NCBI RefSeq assembly: GCF_022846255.1
Contig: NZ_AP025682.1
DNA length: 64,000 nucleotides
Direction: 5' to 3' (one strand)
Origin: Escherichia coli
GTDB taxonomy: Bacteria > Pseudomonadota > Gammaproteobacteria > Enterobacterales > Enterobacteriaceae
The notes below the pieces were generated by a model. That model was given only the letters and a program-made list of their open reading frames with translations. It was not told where the DNA came from and did no database searches. This document shows, piece by piece, positions 35,603 to 47,369 of this stretch (position 1 is its first letter; each line of letters starts with the position of its first letter). The position numbers were made by a program, and so were the translations under genes.

Positions 35603-37444
35603 TTAATCGTCCAGGAAGCTACGCAGCACTTCAGAACGGCTCGGGTGACGCAGTTTGCGCAGCGCCTTCGCTTCGATCTGACGGATACGTTCGCGGGTAA
35701 CGTCGAACTGTTTACCCACTTCTTCCAGCGTGTGGTCGGTGTTCATATCGATACCGAAACGCATACGCAGAACTTTCGCTTCACGCGCGGTCAGGCCAGC
35801 CAGCACGTCGTGCGTTGCCGCACGCAGGCTTTCGGTGGTCGCAGAATCCAGCGGCAGCTCGAGGGTGGTATCCTCGATGAAATCCCCCAGATGCGAATCT
35901 TCATCATCACCGATCGGCGTTTCCATGGAGATTGGCTCTTTGGCGATCTTCAGCACTTTGCGGATCTTGTCTTCCGGCATCAGCATACGTTCAGCCAGTT
36001 CTTCCGGCGTCGGTTCACGGCCCATCTCTTGCAGCATCTGGCGAGAAATACGGTTGAGTTTGTTGATAGTCTCAATCATATGCACCGGAATACGGATGGT
36101 GCGCGCCTGATCCGCGATAGAACGGGTGATCGCCTGACGGATCCACCAGGTTGCGTAGGTGGAGAACTTGTAACCACGGCGGTATTCGAATTTATCAACC
36201 GCTTTCATCAGGCCGATGTTACCTTCCTGAATCAGGTCAAGGAACTGCAAGCCACGGTTGGTGTATTTCTTGGCGATAGAAATAACCAGACGTAAGTTCG
36301 CTTCAACCATCTCTTTCTTCGCACGGCGGGCTTTCGCTTCACCGATGGACATACGACGGTTGATATCTTTAACCTGCTCGATGGTCAGGCCGGTTTCTTC
36401 TTCAATCTGCTGCAGTTTCTGCAGGGCGCGATGCACTTCTTCAGAGACATCGTGCAGTTTTTCCGACCACGGCTTGTTCATCGCAATTGCCGCGTTGAAC
36501 CAGGTATCGCTGGTTTCGTTGCCGGTAAACAGGGTAATGAAGTTTTTCTTCGGCATTTTGCACTGCTCAACGCAGAGCTTCATGATCAGACGTTCTTGCG
36601 TACGAACGCGGTCCATCATGACGCGCATGCTGTTGACCAGGTAGTCAAACTGCTTTGGCACCAGGCGGAACTGTTTGAATACTTCAGACAGTTTCAGGAT
36701 CTCTTCCTGAGCGGCAGCGTGACTGCGACCTTTCGCTTTGATGGTGTCACGCGTTACAACGTACTGAGCGCGCAGTTCCGCAAATTTTTCGCGAGCCAGT
36801 TCCGGGTCGATGCTGTTGTCATCATCGGCGCTGTCGTCATCGCCATCTTCTTCGTCTTCATCTTCGTCATCGTCCAGATCTTCCTGGGAAAGCTCAGAAC
36901 CGACGTGAGTGGCGGTAGGTGCCAGATCTTCTTCTGCGTTCGGGTCAACAAAGCCGGTGATCAGATCGGACAGACGCGCTTCTTCTGCTTCAACACGATC
37001 GTACTGTTCCAGCAGATAGGTGATCGCTTCCGGATATTCAGCAACGGAGCATTGAACCTGGTTGATCCCGTCTTCAATACGCTTAGCGATGTCAATTTCG
37101 CCTTCGCGGGTCAACAGTTCAACGGTGCCCATTTCACGCATGTACATGCGTACCGGGTCAGTCGTGCGCCCGATTTCAGATTCCACGCTGGAAAGCACCT
37201 GCGCGGCGGCTTCGGCAGCATCTTCGTCCGCGGTGTTTTCAGCCAGCATCAGATCATCGGCATCCGGTGCTTCTTCCATCACCTGAATGCCCATGTCGTT
37301 GATCATTTGGATGATGTCTTCGATCTGATCTGAATCGACGATATCTTCCGGCAGATGGTCATTGACCTCGGCATAGGTCAGATAGCCTTGCTCCTTACCA
37401 CGGGTGACAAGAAGTTTCAGCTGTGACTGCGGGTTTTGCTCCAT
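35603..37444 (-). CDS. rpoD: RNA polymerase sigma-70 factor RpoD
   Basis: 613-aa [39 protein letters not shown]... with acidic linker ([14 protein letters not shown]) and conserved regions 2 to 4. Confidence 0.97.
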   Translation of the reverse strand: MEQNPQSQLKLLVTRGKEQGYLTYAEVNDHLPEDIVDSDQIEDIIQMINDMGIQVMEEAPDADDLMLAENTADEDAAEAAAQVLSSVESEIGRTTDPVRMYMREMGTVELLTREGEIDIAKRIEDGINQVQCSVAEYPEAITYLLEQYDRVEAEEARLSDLITGFVDPNAEEDLAPTATHVGSELSQEDLDDDEDEDEEDGDDDSADDDNSIDPELAREKFAELRAQYVVTRDTIKAKGRSHAAAQEEILKLSEVFKQFRLVPKQFDYLVNSMRVMMDRVRTQERLIMKLCVEQCKMPKKNFITLFTGNETSDTWFNAAIAMNKPWSEKLHDVSEEVHRALQKLQQIEEETGLTIEQVKDINRRMSIGEAKARRAKKEMVEANLRLVISIAKKYTNRGLQFLDLIQEGNIGLMKAVDKFEYRRGYKFSTYATWWIRQAITRSIADQARTIRIPVHMIETINKLNRISRQMLQEMGREPTPEELAERMLMPEDKIRKVLKIAKEPISMETPIGDDEDSHLGDFIEDTTLELPLDSATTESLRAATHDVLAGLTAREAKVLRMRFGIDMNTDHTLEEVGKQFDVTRERIRQIEAKALRKLRHPSRSEVLRSFLDD

Positions 37445-37638
37445 AAGACGGTATCCACACTTATTTCATGAGGTTGGTGTTGGGCGATTGACCCGATGTC
37501 CTTCAGCCGTTAACGCTGAAATCCAACGGTTGTTTACCGCCAACGATAATTACGAGGGCGTACTTATATATTTGCCGCTGCCTCTCAGTGCGGCTGTCGG
37601 GGGCTTCCCGATCGCTCTTCGGCACTTAAGCCGTTAAA

Positions 37639-39384
37639 TCACTTTTTCGCCAGCTCCTGGTTTAATGTCCAGAGCTCCAGGCGTTCTTCGTTGCTTAAAC
37701 CATGCGTGCGCTCACGAGCGATTAACTCTTCCTGGCGCAGTTCAAGCAGCGAATCAAACATATGGTTGAGTGAGTCGGTGAAGGTTTGCTCAGCAATATT
37801 CTTATCTGCTATATCGTCCCACATCGACAGTTTTTCAAGGGTGGCAGCATTATTTGTACCACGATAGTGCTCTAAAAGTTGCCCGGTGGTCAGACCTGGC
37901 TGGGAGAGACAAGTGTTGACCAGTTCTCTGAATAAGCCAAGTCCAGGGAGCTTATTTTCATCCAGATTCTCAAGCGGCGGGACCAACGTCGCTAATTCTG
38001 GATTTTGCACCAGCAACCCTATAAGTATACGCATGGTCGTGCGTTTTAGCTGCGGAACAGGGCGAGAAACGCCGCTCTCTGCCGCTTTTGGCATTAATCG
38101 TTCAAGCTGGCTGTCATCAAGTATGCCTAATTTGTTGCCTAATTCCTGACGAAGATATATTCGCAGCGTTTCGCCCGGCACTTGCGATATCAGTGGCAGT
38201 GCCAGCGTACTCAAACGTGCGCGCCCGTCAGGGGTACTCAGATCAACTTGCGGCATCAGACTGTTAAACAGAAATGCGGAGAGTGGCATCGCCTGCTCCA
38301 TCCGCGCTTCAAACGCTTCTTTACCTTCTTTTCGTACCAGCGTGTCAGGGTCTTCGCCATCCGGCAAAAACATAAAGCGTAGCTGACGGCCGTCTGTCAT
38401 GTAAGGCAGCGCCGTTTCCAGCGCTCGCCAGGCGGCATCGCGGCCTGCACGGTCGCCGTCATAACAGCAAATGACATTGTTGGTCGCGCGGAACAACAGT
38501 TGTATGTGATCGGCGGTGGTTGACGTACCTAACGACGCAACGGCGTAATTAATGCCGTATTGCGCCAGCGCCACCACGTCCATATAGCCTTCGACCACAA
38601 GCAGACGATTGGGTTCAGCGTTATCCTGCTGCGCTTCATAAAGACCGTAAAGCTGGCGGCCTTTATGGAAAATGTCCGTTTCCGGCGAGTTCAGGTATTT
38701 GGGGGTATCGTTGCCCAGCACACGCCCGCCAAAACCAATCACCCGACCGCGTTTATCGCGAATGGGGAACATCACCCGCTCGCGGAAACGATCGTAACTG
38801 CGTCCCTGATCGTTAGTGACCAACATCCCCGCATCAATCAATGACTGGCGATTTTCTGGATTGCCGCCAAACCGCTTCAGGACGTTGTCCCAGCCGGGGG
38901 GCGCAAAACCAATCGCAAAGCGAGCGATAACCTCGTGGCTTAATCCGCGTTTTTCCAGATACTGGCGCGCAGACGTGGCAACAGGTTGCTGTAAAGATTG
39001 TTGGTAAAACGTATTCAGACCGTCCATCAACTGATAAAGCGTTTGCCGTTGATGGCGCTCGATCTGGTTGGGGCCGCTACCTGCTTCAAATGGCACTTCA
39101 AGATTGTGCATTGCTGCCAGCTCTTCGACCGTTTCGACGAACTCAAGCTTGTCGTAGTTCATCAGGAAGTCGATCGCGTTGCCGTGCGCGCCACATCCAA
39201 AGCAGTGGTAAAACTGTTTCTCACCGTTAACGGTGAATGACGGGGTTTTCTCGTTGTGGAATGGACAACACGCGTGGAAATTCTTGCCCTGCTTTTTCAG
39301 CTTCACACGGGCATCGATCAGATCGACGATGTCAGTGCGTGCCAGCAGATCATTAATGAATACGCGTGGGATTCGTCCAGCCAT
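37639..39384 (-). CDS. dnaG: DNA primase DnaG
   Basis: 581-aa ORF MAGRIPRVFINDLLARTDIVDLIDARVKLKKQGKNFHACCPFHNEKTPSF...; zinc-ribbon CCPFH and TOPRIM domain. Confidence 0.96.
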   Translation of the reverse strand: MAGRIPRVFINDLLARTDIVDLIDARVKLKKQGKNFHACCPFHNEKTPSFTVNGEKQFYHCFGCGAHGNAIDFLMNYDKLEFVETVEELAAMHNLEVPFEAGSGPNQIERHQRQTLYQLMDGLNTFYQQSLQQPVATSARQYLEKRGLSHEVIARFAIGFAPPGWDNVLKRFGGNPENRQSLIDAGMLVTNDQGRSYDRFRERVMFPIRDKRGRVIGFGGRVLGNDTPKYLNSPETDIFHKGRQLYGLYEAQQDNAEPNRLLVVEGYMDVVALAQYGINYAVASLGTSTTADHIQLLFRATNNVICCYDGDRAGRDAAWRALETALPYMTDGRQLRFMFLPDGEDPDTLVRKEGKEAFEARMEQAMPLSAFLFNSLMPQVDLSTPDGRARLSTLALPLISQVPGETLRIYLRQELGNKLGILDDSQLERLMPKAAESGVSRPVPQLKRTTMRILIGLLVQNPELATLVPPLENLDENKLPGLGLFRELVNTCLSQPGLTTGQLLEHYRGTNNAATLEKLSMWDDIADKNIAEQTFTDSLNHMFDSLLELRQEELIARERTHGLSNEERLELWTLNQELAKK

Positions 39385-39426
39385 AGGCCCCGATTTTTAG
39401 CAATTCATAAACGAAAATAAGCCGCG

Positions 39427-39456
39427 CATTCCTTTCGGAAGCACGGCCTTACAACT
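39427..39456 (-). terminator. Internal attenuator/terminator hairpin between rpsU and dnaG
   Basis: GCCGCGCATTCCTTTCGGAAGCACGGC dyad in the 110-nt rpsU-dnaG spacer, followed on the transcript strand by a T-rich run; fits the known partial terminator of this operon. Confidence 0.4.
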
Positions 39457-39494
39457 ACAACTCGGTCTGATCGGAGAGCAACGCTCTCGGGGAA

Positions 39495-39749
<255 letters not shown>

Positions 39750-39947
39750 TCAACGCCAGCTTATTTCAAAATGGTGCGGAATTTTACTGCAATTGCTGCT
39801 GCTTTGTAAAGCACCGCGGCCTTTTTTGAAAGGGACTTTTATAAGGGTGAGGAGTATACACGAGGCTTTCTCCAGGGGCGAACAAAGTTTTACATCAACC
39901 CGCATTGGTCCTACACTGCGCGGTAATAAAGCGAGGTAAAACAAGTC

Positions 39948-40961
39948 ATGCGTGTACTGGGTATTGAAACTTCCTGCGATGAAACCGGCATCGCCATTTA
40001 CGACGATGAAAAAGGTTTGTTAGCCAACCAATTGTATAGTCAGGTGAAATTGCACGCTGACTACGGCGGCGTCGTGCCTGAACTGGCCTCCCGCGATCAC
40101 GTGCGTAAAACCGTACCGTTGATCCAGGAGGCGCTAAAGGAGTCTGGTTTAACGGCAAAAGACATTGATGCTGTGGCCTATACCGCAGGCCCAGGATTAG
40201 TCGGCGCACTGCTGGTTGGCGCGACCGTGGGGCGTTCTCTGGCGTTTGCCTGGGACGTTCCGGCAATCCCGGTACATCATATGGAAGGACATCTGTTAGC
40301 GCCGATGCTGGAAGATAACCCACCGGAATTTCCGTTTGTCGCGCTGCTGGTTTCCGGCGGTCATACGCAGTTAATCAGCGTGACTGGCATTGGTCAGTAC
40401 GAGCTGCTCGGAGAGTCTATCGATGATGCGGCTGGTGAAGCGTTTGATAAAACCGCGAAGCTGCTGGGGCTGGATTATCCTGGCGGGCCATTACTGTCGA
40501 AAATGGCGGCTCAGGGTACTGCCGGGCGCTTTGTCTTCCCGCGCCCGATGACCGACCGTCCGGGGCTGGATTTCAGCTTTTCTGGTCTGAAAACCTTCGC
40601 GGCAAATACCATACGTGACAACGGCACTGACGATCAGACGCGTGCCGATATCGCCCGCGCCTTTGAAGATGCAGTGGTCGATACGTTGATGATTAAGTGT
40701 AAGCGAGCACTGGATCAGACGGGCTTCAAGCGTCTGGTAATGGCGGGCGGCGTGAGTGCTAACCGCACACTGCGGGCGAAACTGGCGGAAATGATGAAAA
40801 AGCGTCGTGGCGAAGTGTTCTACGCGCGTCCGGAATTTTGCACTGATAACGGTGCGATGATCGCCTATGCCGGAATGGTGCGGTTTAAAGCAGGCGCGAC
40901 GGCGGATCTCGGCGTGAGTGTGCGTCCGCGCTGGCCGCTGGCGGAGTTACCGGCTGCGTAA
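39948..40961 (+). CDS. tsaD: tRNA N6-threonylcarbamoyladenosine synthase TsaD (Kae1/Gcp family)
   Basis: 337-aa [54 protein letters not shown]...; divergent from rpsU. Confidence 0.95.
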
Positions 40962-40969
40962 AACTATTA

Positions 40970-40994
40970 GGTGCCGGAGAGCAACTTCCGGCAC
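40970..40994. terminator. Hairpin terminator between convergent tsaD and ttdT
   Basis: GGTGCCGGA-GAGCAACT-TCCGGCACC 9-bp stem. Confidence 0.45.
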
Positions 40995-41003
40995 CGTCCT
41001 CAC

Positions 41004-42467
41004 TTAAAGCAACACCACGGGCATCCACAGTAAGCCGGTAATCACCAGCAATACGAGGAATATCAGCCCAAAAATCGCCCCCAGTCGCCAGTAATCCGCC
41101 GTTGGCAGATAACCACTGCCGTAGTAAATCGGACTGGGTCCGGTGGCGTATGGTGTAAGAATGCTCCCCAGACCAATTGCCGCACCAACCATCAGGCAGA
41201 ACACCGGCAGCGGGATTTCCTGCATCGCCAGCGCGGCGGCAATCATCATCGGTGCGAGAGCGGAGGTATACGCTGTGGCGCTGGCAAAAAAGTAGCGCAG
41301 CAGATAAAAGACCACAATCAACGCTACCATCACTATCGTTGGCGAATAACCGCTTAAGCTGCCTGCTAACAGTTTGCCAAACCAGCTAATAAAACCGGTG
41401 TTGTTGAGTCCGGTAGCGAGGGTGATAAGCGAGGCCAGCCAGAAGAAAACGTTCCACGCCGCTTTATTACTGACAATGTCGTCCCAACTGATAATGCGCA
41501 GAAGCAGCATCAGCGCCACCACGCTGTAACCGACCATCGCGGCATCGATATAATCACCGCCAAAAATCCACAGCACCAGTGCGCCTACCATCAGCCCCAG
41601 CATCCGTTTTTCACGCGAACAGAGCGGGCCCATTGCCTGCAGTTCCGTCTCTGCCCAGCGCGGCACCTGATCGCCAGACTTCAGTACCGGCGGGTACAGC
41701 ACGTAAGCCAGCCAGGGAACCAGCAGAACCAGTAAAATGCTGAGCGGCAACATCCCGAGGAACCAGTCGCCCCAGCTCAGCGTGGCGTGAGATGCGCTTT
41801 TCATCAGTCCAATTAACAGCAAATTTGGAGCCATCGCCGTCAGGAAAATGGCGCTGGTCACGCAATCGGCAACAATCCCCATCCACATGATGTACGAGCC
41901 AATGCTGCGCGAACTGCTGTCGTTTGGTTGTGATTGATAGAGCGGTGGCAGGTTACGGATGATGGGATAGATAATCCCCGCACCACGCGCCGAGTTGGAC
42001 GGTGTTACAGGCGCGAGTATCAGCTCGGAGAACATCACTGCATAGCCGAGAAACAGCGTGCGATGCCCCATTTTTTTCACCAGAATCAGCGCGATGCGAC
42101 GTCCAAGCCCGGTTTTTTCATAGCCCGTACCAAACATAAAGGCGGCGAAAATAAGCCAGATAACTGAATTAGAAAAACCAGAAACCGCCCAGGAGAGGGA
42201 TTTGGCGGTGAACTTAAAACCTGGCTGGGCGAGCTGCTCCGGGCTAAACAGCAGCCACGGCGAAAGAATGGCGATGATGGATATACCCACCATCGCCACC
42301 ACGGCACCCGGCACGGGTTCGAGGATCAGTCCAACGATCACGCCAGTAAAAACGGCAAAGTAGAGCCAGGTATGACTCTCCAGCCCTGCGGGAAGCGGAA
42401 GTAGAGCAATAATGGCGATGACCGCCAGCGGCGCAAGGTATCGCCACCATTCAGTGGAAGGTTTCAT
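41004..42467 (-). CDS. ttdT: L-tartrate/succinate antiporter TtdT (DASS family)
   Basis: ORF 41004..42665; recognised start MKPSTEWWRYLAPLAVIAIIALLPL at internal ATG 42467 (487 aa); the longer track ORF would overlap ttdB. Confidence 0.9.
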   Translation of the reverse strand: MKPSTEWWRYLAPLAVIAIIALLPLPAGLESHTWLYFAVFTGVIVGLILEPVPGAVVAMVGISIIAILSPWLLFSPEQLAQPGFKFTAKSLSWAVSGFSNSVIWLIFAAFMFGTGYEKTGLGRRIALILVKKMGHRTLFLGYAVMFSELILAPVTPSNSARGAGIIYPIIRNLPPLYQSQPNDSSSRSIGSYIMWMGIVADCVTSAIFLTAMAPNLLLIGLMKSASHATLSWGDWFLGMLPLSILLVLLVPWLAYVLYPPVLKSGDQVPRWAETELQAMGPLCSREKRMLGLMVGALVLWIFGGDYIDAAMVGYSVVALMLLLRIISWDDIVSNKAAWNVFFWLASLITLATGLNNTGFISWFGKLLAGSLSGYSPTIVMVALIVVFYLLRYFFASATAYTSALAPMMIAAALAMQEIPLPVFCLMVGAAIGLGSILTPYATGPSPIYYGSGYLPTADYWRLGAIFGLIFLVLLVITGLLWMPVVLL

Positions 42468-42514
42468 CGTGTTATGCCTGCGAAAAAGGAGAGGGGCGAG
42501 CCTCTCCGGGAGGG

Positions 42515-43120
42515 TTATTTGATGTAGTGGACGTGCTCGCAAATCTCTTCCACGATGGGATCGCGGCGTTCGGCGAACAGCTTTTTGTTTTCGGCTATCA
42601 GGTTGTTGCCGTGGGTATCTATAGAGACAATCAGCGGGCCAAACTCTTTGACCCGGCAGACCCACAGCGACTCTGGCATCCCGAGTTCTGTCCAGTGTAC
42701 CTCTTCAATCTCTTCCACTTGAGTTGCCGCCAGTACCGCACAGCCAGCCGGGAAAATCACATGCAGCGCCTTGAATTTCTGGCAGCCTTCTTCGGTCAGC
42801 GGCCCCATTCCGCCTTTGCCGACCACCAGTTTCACGCCGGTCTGCTCGATAAATTCACGTTCAAAACTTTCCATACGCATACTGGTTGTCGGGCCGACGG
42901 ACACCATCTCCCATTTGTCGCCGTTTTTGCGCACGATGGGGCCAGCGTGGAAAATCGCTTTGCCGTTGAGATCGTAAGGGATCGGACGTTTCAGTTCGAT
43001 CAATCGGCGGTGACAAACGTCACGGCAGGTCACCAGCGTACCGGTCAGGTAGATCACATCGCCGACGCGAATATCTTGCAGATCTTCAGCTTTGATCGGG
43101 GTTGTCAGGATCTTTTTCAT
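42515..43120 (-). CDS. ttdB: L(+)-tartrate dehydratase beta subunit TtdB
   Basis: 201-aa [43 protein letters not shown]...; overlaps ttdA stop by 4 nt. Confidence 0.93.
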
Positions 43121-44028
43121 AACGCGCTCCGGGTATGAGACAGATTTTCAAAGGTGAGATCGGCATGAACTCGCAGTGTGCCGCGACGATGCGCCCAGCA
43201 GCCGGTAGAAACAGCAACGCCGATGGTTGACGGATGGCGAGCGGCAGATTCGATATGCACGCCCATCACTGAACTGTTGCCAGTCAGCCCTTGTGGACCA
43301 ATCCCCAGACGGTTGAGTCCTTCTTCCAGGCGTAGCTCCAGCTCTGCCGCTTTTGGATTGGGATGGCGGCTGCCAATCGGGCGCAAAATGGCTTTACGCG
43401 AGAGCACTGCGGCGGTTTCCACCGAGGTAGCGATGCCAACGCCCACAAGTACCGGCGGACAGGCGTTTACGGCGAGGGTGGAGATATTTTCGAAGACGAA
43501 TTTCACTACACCTTCGTAGCCTTCTGACGGCATTAACACTTTCGATCGGCCAGGTAGCGTGCAGCCGCCGCCTGCCATGTAAACTTCGATTTCCGCATCG
43601 TCACCGTCGGGGACGATATCCCAGGTGACCCACGGTACGCCGCTGCCGGTATTTTTGCCGGTGTTTACTTCGTCAAAAATTTCTACCGCATTGTGACGCA
43701 GTGGCGCTTTGACGGTTGCCTCTTCCACGGCTTGTTTGAGTATGCTTTGCAGCTCGCCAAGCAGTGGGAAGCGGGAACCGACTTTAACGAAGAACATAAT
43801 CTCCCCGGTGTCCTGACAGGCAGGACGATTCAGGTCAATCGCTTTTTGCATGTTGTCGAACATCGTATGGTAGATAATTTTCCCCATCGACGACGTTTCG
43901 GCATCCTTTAGCTGTTTTAGTTTATCCACCACGTCATCAGGCATTCGGGTAGAAATCATGGCGGTAAAGTTAGCGACAATCTCCGTCAACTTATTCACTG
44001 CCTGTTGCTTATTACTTTCGCTCATCAT
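43117..44028 (-). CDS. ttdA: L(+)-tartrate dehydratase alpha subunit TtdA
   Basis: ORF 43117..44082; start at ATG 44028 ([21 protein letters not shown]...) with GGAG RBS; 303 aa, Fe-S hydrolyase family. Confidence 0.93.
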
Positions 44029-44234
44029 GGCAACTCCAGTTTCTTTATTTGTCTGGAAAAATTCACCGCCACAAACTACCACTAAAAATGTGGTTTTATA
44101 TTTTTTGCCACCGTGAATATGTAATTAACAGTTCGTGAATCAACGCGAAAATAAGAATGAATATTGCGCCAGAGCAGGGAATGGCAATGTTTTGCGAAAT
44201 ACACTGCGCTTATCAAAACTGCGGATATTTAACA

Positions 44235-45167
44235 ATGCTAAATAGCTGGCCTTTAGCCAAAGACTTGCAGGTACTGGTGGAAATCGTCCATAGCGGGAGT
44301 TTTAGTGCTGCAGCGGCGACGCTTGGGCAAACGCCTGCATTTGTCACCAAGCGGATCCAAATCCTTGAAAATACGCTGGCAACAACTCTGCTGAACCGCT
44401 CCGCTCGCGGCGTGGCGCTGACTGAAAGTGGCCAGCGTTGTTACGAACATGCGCTGGAAATCCTCACCCAATATCAGCGACTGGTCGATGACGTCACGCA
44501 AATCAAAACGCGCCCGGAGGGGATGATCCGCATTGGTTGCAGTTTTGGTTTTGGGCGCAGCCATATTGCGCCAGCTATTACCGAACTGATGCGCAATTAT
44601 CCTGAGTTACAGGTGCATTTTGAATTGTTCGATCGACAAATTGATTTAGTGCAGGATAATATTGATCTGGATATTCGTATTAATGACGCAATTCCTGATT
44701 ATTATATTGCGCATCTTTTGACAAAAAATAAAAGAATATTATGCGCAGCACCTGAGTATCTGCAAAAATATCCGCAGCCACAATCCTTACAGGAATTAAG
44801 TCGTCATGACTGCCTGGTGACCAAAGAGCGCGATATGACCCACGGAATATGGGAGTTGGGGAACGGTCAGGAGAAAAAATCGGTGAAGGTAAGTGGACAT
44901 CTTTCCTCCAATAGCGGCGAGATTGTGCTGCAATGGGCGCTGGAGGGCAAAGGGATTATGCTGCGTTCCGAGTGGGATGTGTTGCCGTTTCTGGAGAGTG
45001 GCAAACTGGTGCGAGTATTGCCGGAGTATGCACAAAGCGCCAATATCTGGGCTGTTTACCGGGAGCCGCTCTATCGCAGCATGAAATTACGTGTCTGTGT
45101 GGAATTTCTGGCGGCATGGTGCCAGCAACGGCTGGGCAAGCCCGACGAAGGCTATCAGGTCATGTAG
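44235..45167 (+). CDS. ttdR: LysR-family activator of ttd operon, TtdR
   Basis: ORF 44157..45167; recognised start [41 protein letters not shown] at ATG 44235 (310 aa); divergent from ttdA. Confidence 0.9.
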   Translation: MLNSWPLAKDLQVLVEIVHSGSFSAAAATLGQTPAFVTKRIQILENTLATTLLNRSARGVALTESGQRCYEHALEILTQYQRLVDDVTQIKTRPEGMIRIGCSFGFGRSHIAPAITELMRNYPELQVHFELFDRQIDLVQDNIDLDIRINDAIPDYYIAHLLTKNKRILCAAPEYLQKYPQPQSLQELSRHDCLVTKERDMTHGIWELGNGQEKKSVKVSGHLSSNSGEIVLQWALEGKGIMLRSEWDVLPFLESGKLVRVLPEYAQSANIWAVYREPLYRSMKLRVCVEFLAAWCQQRLGKPDEGYQVM

Positions 45168-45179
45168 ATCCACCAGAAA

Positions 45180-45797
45180 TCACTCGGGATCCTTTTCGCG
45201 CTTTCTTTTGAATTTCGTCCAGATTTTTGTCTCCTGGCGACGCCACAGACGCTGGATGTTGTCATGATGACGCAGCAGGATCAGGCAAGAGAGCATCGAA
45301 ACCGGGAAGGTGAATTGTGGCTTAAACCACCAGACATAAAACGGAGCAATCAGTGCACTGACAATCGCTCCCAGCGACGAGTAACCACTCAATAGCACGG
45401 TCAGTAACCAGGTTCCCGCCATTACTCCAGTGAGATCCCAGCCAATTGGTGCGATGGCACCAAAAGCGGTAGCAACGCCTTTTCCTCCTTTAAAACCGAA
45501 GAAAACGGGCCAGATGTGTCCAAGACAGGCGGCGATGGCAATTAAGCCTAGCCAGAAGGGGCTGACACCTAATTCATACGCGCCCCAGACGGGCAACATT
45601 CCTTTCAGAACGTCGAAAATCAGTACTGCTACGGCTGCTCCCTTGCCACCGATACGTAACACATTGGTTGCGCCTGGATTGCCGGAGCCGCTGGTTCGCG
45701 GATCGGGCAACCCACACAAGCGGCAAACCAGAATGGCACTGGAAATGGAGCCGCAGAGGTACGCGATGAGGATCATTCCAGGCGCGATTGCACTCAT
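45180..45797 (-). CDS. plsY: Glycerol-3-phosphate acyltransferase PlsY
   Basis: 205-aa membrane [54 protein letters not shown]... Confidence 0.93.
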
Positions 45798-45901
45798 AAG
45801 CTGTTCCGTTTTGAAAATTCGTGTTCAACGATGAATCTGTGGATAATACGCACATTTCGCCGGAAGTGGTATCCGGTTAGCCAAAAAGCAGGCAGGACGT
45901 G

Positions 45902-46270
45902 ATGGATATTGTATTTATAGAGCAACTTTCGGTAATCACCACTATTGGTGTTTACGACTGGGAACAGACCATCGAACAGAAGTTAGTGTTCGATATCGAA
46001 ATGGCGTGGGATAACCGTAAAGCGGCGAAAAGTGATGATGTGGCGGATTGCCTCAGTTACGCTGACATTGCAGAAACGGTGGTCAGCCACGTCGAGGGAG
46101 CGCGTTTTGCGCTGGTGGAACGCGTGGCTGAAGAGGTGGCGGAGCTGCTGTTAGCACGCTTCAACTCGCCGTGGGTGCGTATCAAACTCAGCAAGCCAGG
46201 CGCAGTGGCGCGGGCGGCGAATGTTGGCGTCATCATTGAGCGTGGCAATAATCTGAAAGAAAATAATTAA
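45902..46270 (+). CDS. folB: Dihydroneopterin aldolase FolB
   Basis: ORF 45899..46270; start ATG 45902 (MDIVFIEQLSVITTIGVYDWEQTIEQKL...), 122 aa. Confidence 0.93.
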   Translation: MDIVFIEQLSVITTIGVYDWEQTIEQKLVFDIEMAWDNRKAAKSDDVADCLSYADIAETVVSHVEGARFALVERVAEEVAELLLARFNSPWVRIKLSKPGAVARAANVGVIIERGNNLKENN

Positions 46271-46360
46271 TTTTACAGCTGTTAAACCAAACGATTATAA
46301 CCTGGTCATACTGCAGTAGTTCGGACAAGCGTTACATTTTTATAATTTAGGGGTTTATTG

Positions 46361-47182
46361 ATGAGCGATATGCACTCGCTGCTGATAGCGGCAATATTGG
46401 GTGTGGTCGAAGGATTGACAGAATTTCTGCCGGTATCCAGCACGGGCCATATGATTATTGTCGGTCACTTGTTGGGGTTTGAGGGCGACACGGCGAAAAC
46501 CTTTGAAGTCGTGATCCAGTTAGGATCAATTCTGGCGGTAGTAGTGATGTTCTGGCGGCGTCTGTTTGGCCTGATTGGCATCCACTTTGGTCGCCCGTTG
46601 CAGCACGAAGGAGAAAGCAAAGGTCGTTTAACGCTGATCCACATCTTGCTGGGGATGATTCCGGCGGTGGTACTGGGGCTGTTGTTCCACGACACGATTA
46701 AATCATTGTTTAACCCGATAAATGTCATGTATGCACTGGTCGTTGGCGGTCTGTTGCTGATTGCCGCCGAATGCCTGAAGCCGAAAGAGCCGCGTGCGCC
46801 GGGTCTTGATGATATGACCTATCGTCAGGCGTTTATGATTGGCTGTTTCCAGTGTCTGGCGCTGTGGCCGGGTTTCTCCCGTTCCGGGGCGACCATTTCA
46901 GGTGGGATGCTGATGGGGGTGAGCCGTTACGCTGCTTCCGAGTTCTCGTTCCTGCTGGCGGTGCCGATGATGATGGGCGCAACGGCGCTCGATCTCTACA
47001 AAAGCTGGGGCTTCCTGACTACCGGCGATATCCCGATGTTTGCCGTTGGGTTTATCACCGCTTTTGTGGTGGCGCTGATAGCGATTAAAACCTTCCTGCA
47101 ATTGATTAAGCGCATTTCGTTTATCCCGTTCGCCATTTATCGCTTTATTGTGGCGGCTGCGGTGTACGTTGTGTTCTTTTGA
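46361..47182 (+). CDS. uppP: Undecaprenyl-diphosphate phosphatase UppP (BacA)
   Basis: Track ORF starts at TTG 46358; real start ATG 46361 ([33 protein letters not shown]...), 273 aa. Confidence 0.93.
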
Positions 47183-47204
47183 TGTGAAGAACAGTGTCGG
47201 ATAT

Positions 47205-47365
47205 GATGCTGACGCGTCTTATCAGATTGCGTAGGCCGGATAAGGCGTTCACGCCGCATCCGGCAATCAACGCCTGATGCGACGCTCGCGCGTCTTATCA
47301 GGCCTACAACTGTCGTTGACATGTAGCCGGATAAGACGCTTACGTCGCATCCGGCAAAATATCCA
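47205..47365. repeat. REP/BIME cluster (at least 3 palindromic units) between uppP and cca
   Basis: Repeated units GCCGGATAAGGCGTTCACGCCGCATCCGGC, GCGTCTTATCAGGCCTAC and GCCGGATAAGACGCTTACGTCGCATCCGGC in alternating orientation. Confidence 0.75.
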
Positions 47366-47369
47366 ACAC

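Noticed and set aside
36780-36900. Acidic low-complexity run inside rpoD ([20 protein letters not shown] repeats)
   Set aside because: Native acidic linker of sigma-70, not a tandem-repeat expansion or mobile insertion.
35549-37333. Long forward ORFs (248, 126, 128, 300 aa) antisense to rpoD
   Set aside because: rpoD is highly conserved on the reverse strand; these are open antisense frames produced by codon bias.
41004-42665. Extended 553-aa version of ttdT overlapping ttdB
   Set aside because: The recognised TtdT N-terminus starts at the internal ATG (42467); the extension is Arg-rich and would overlap the ttdB coding end by 150 nt.
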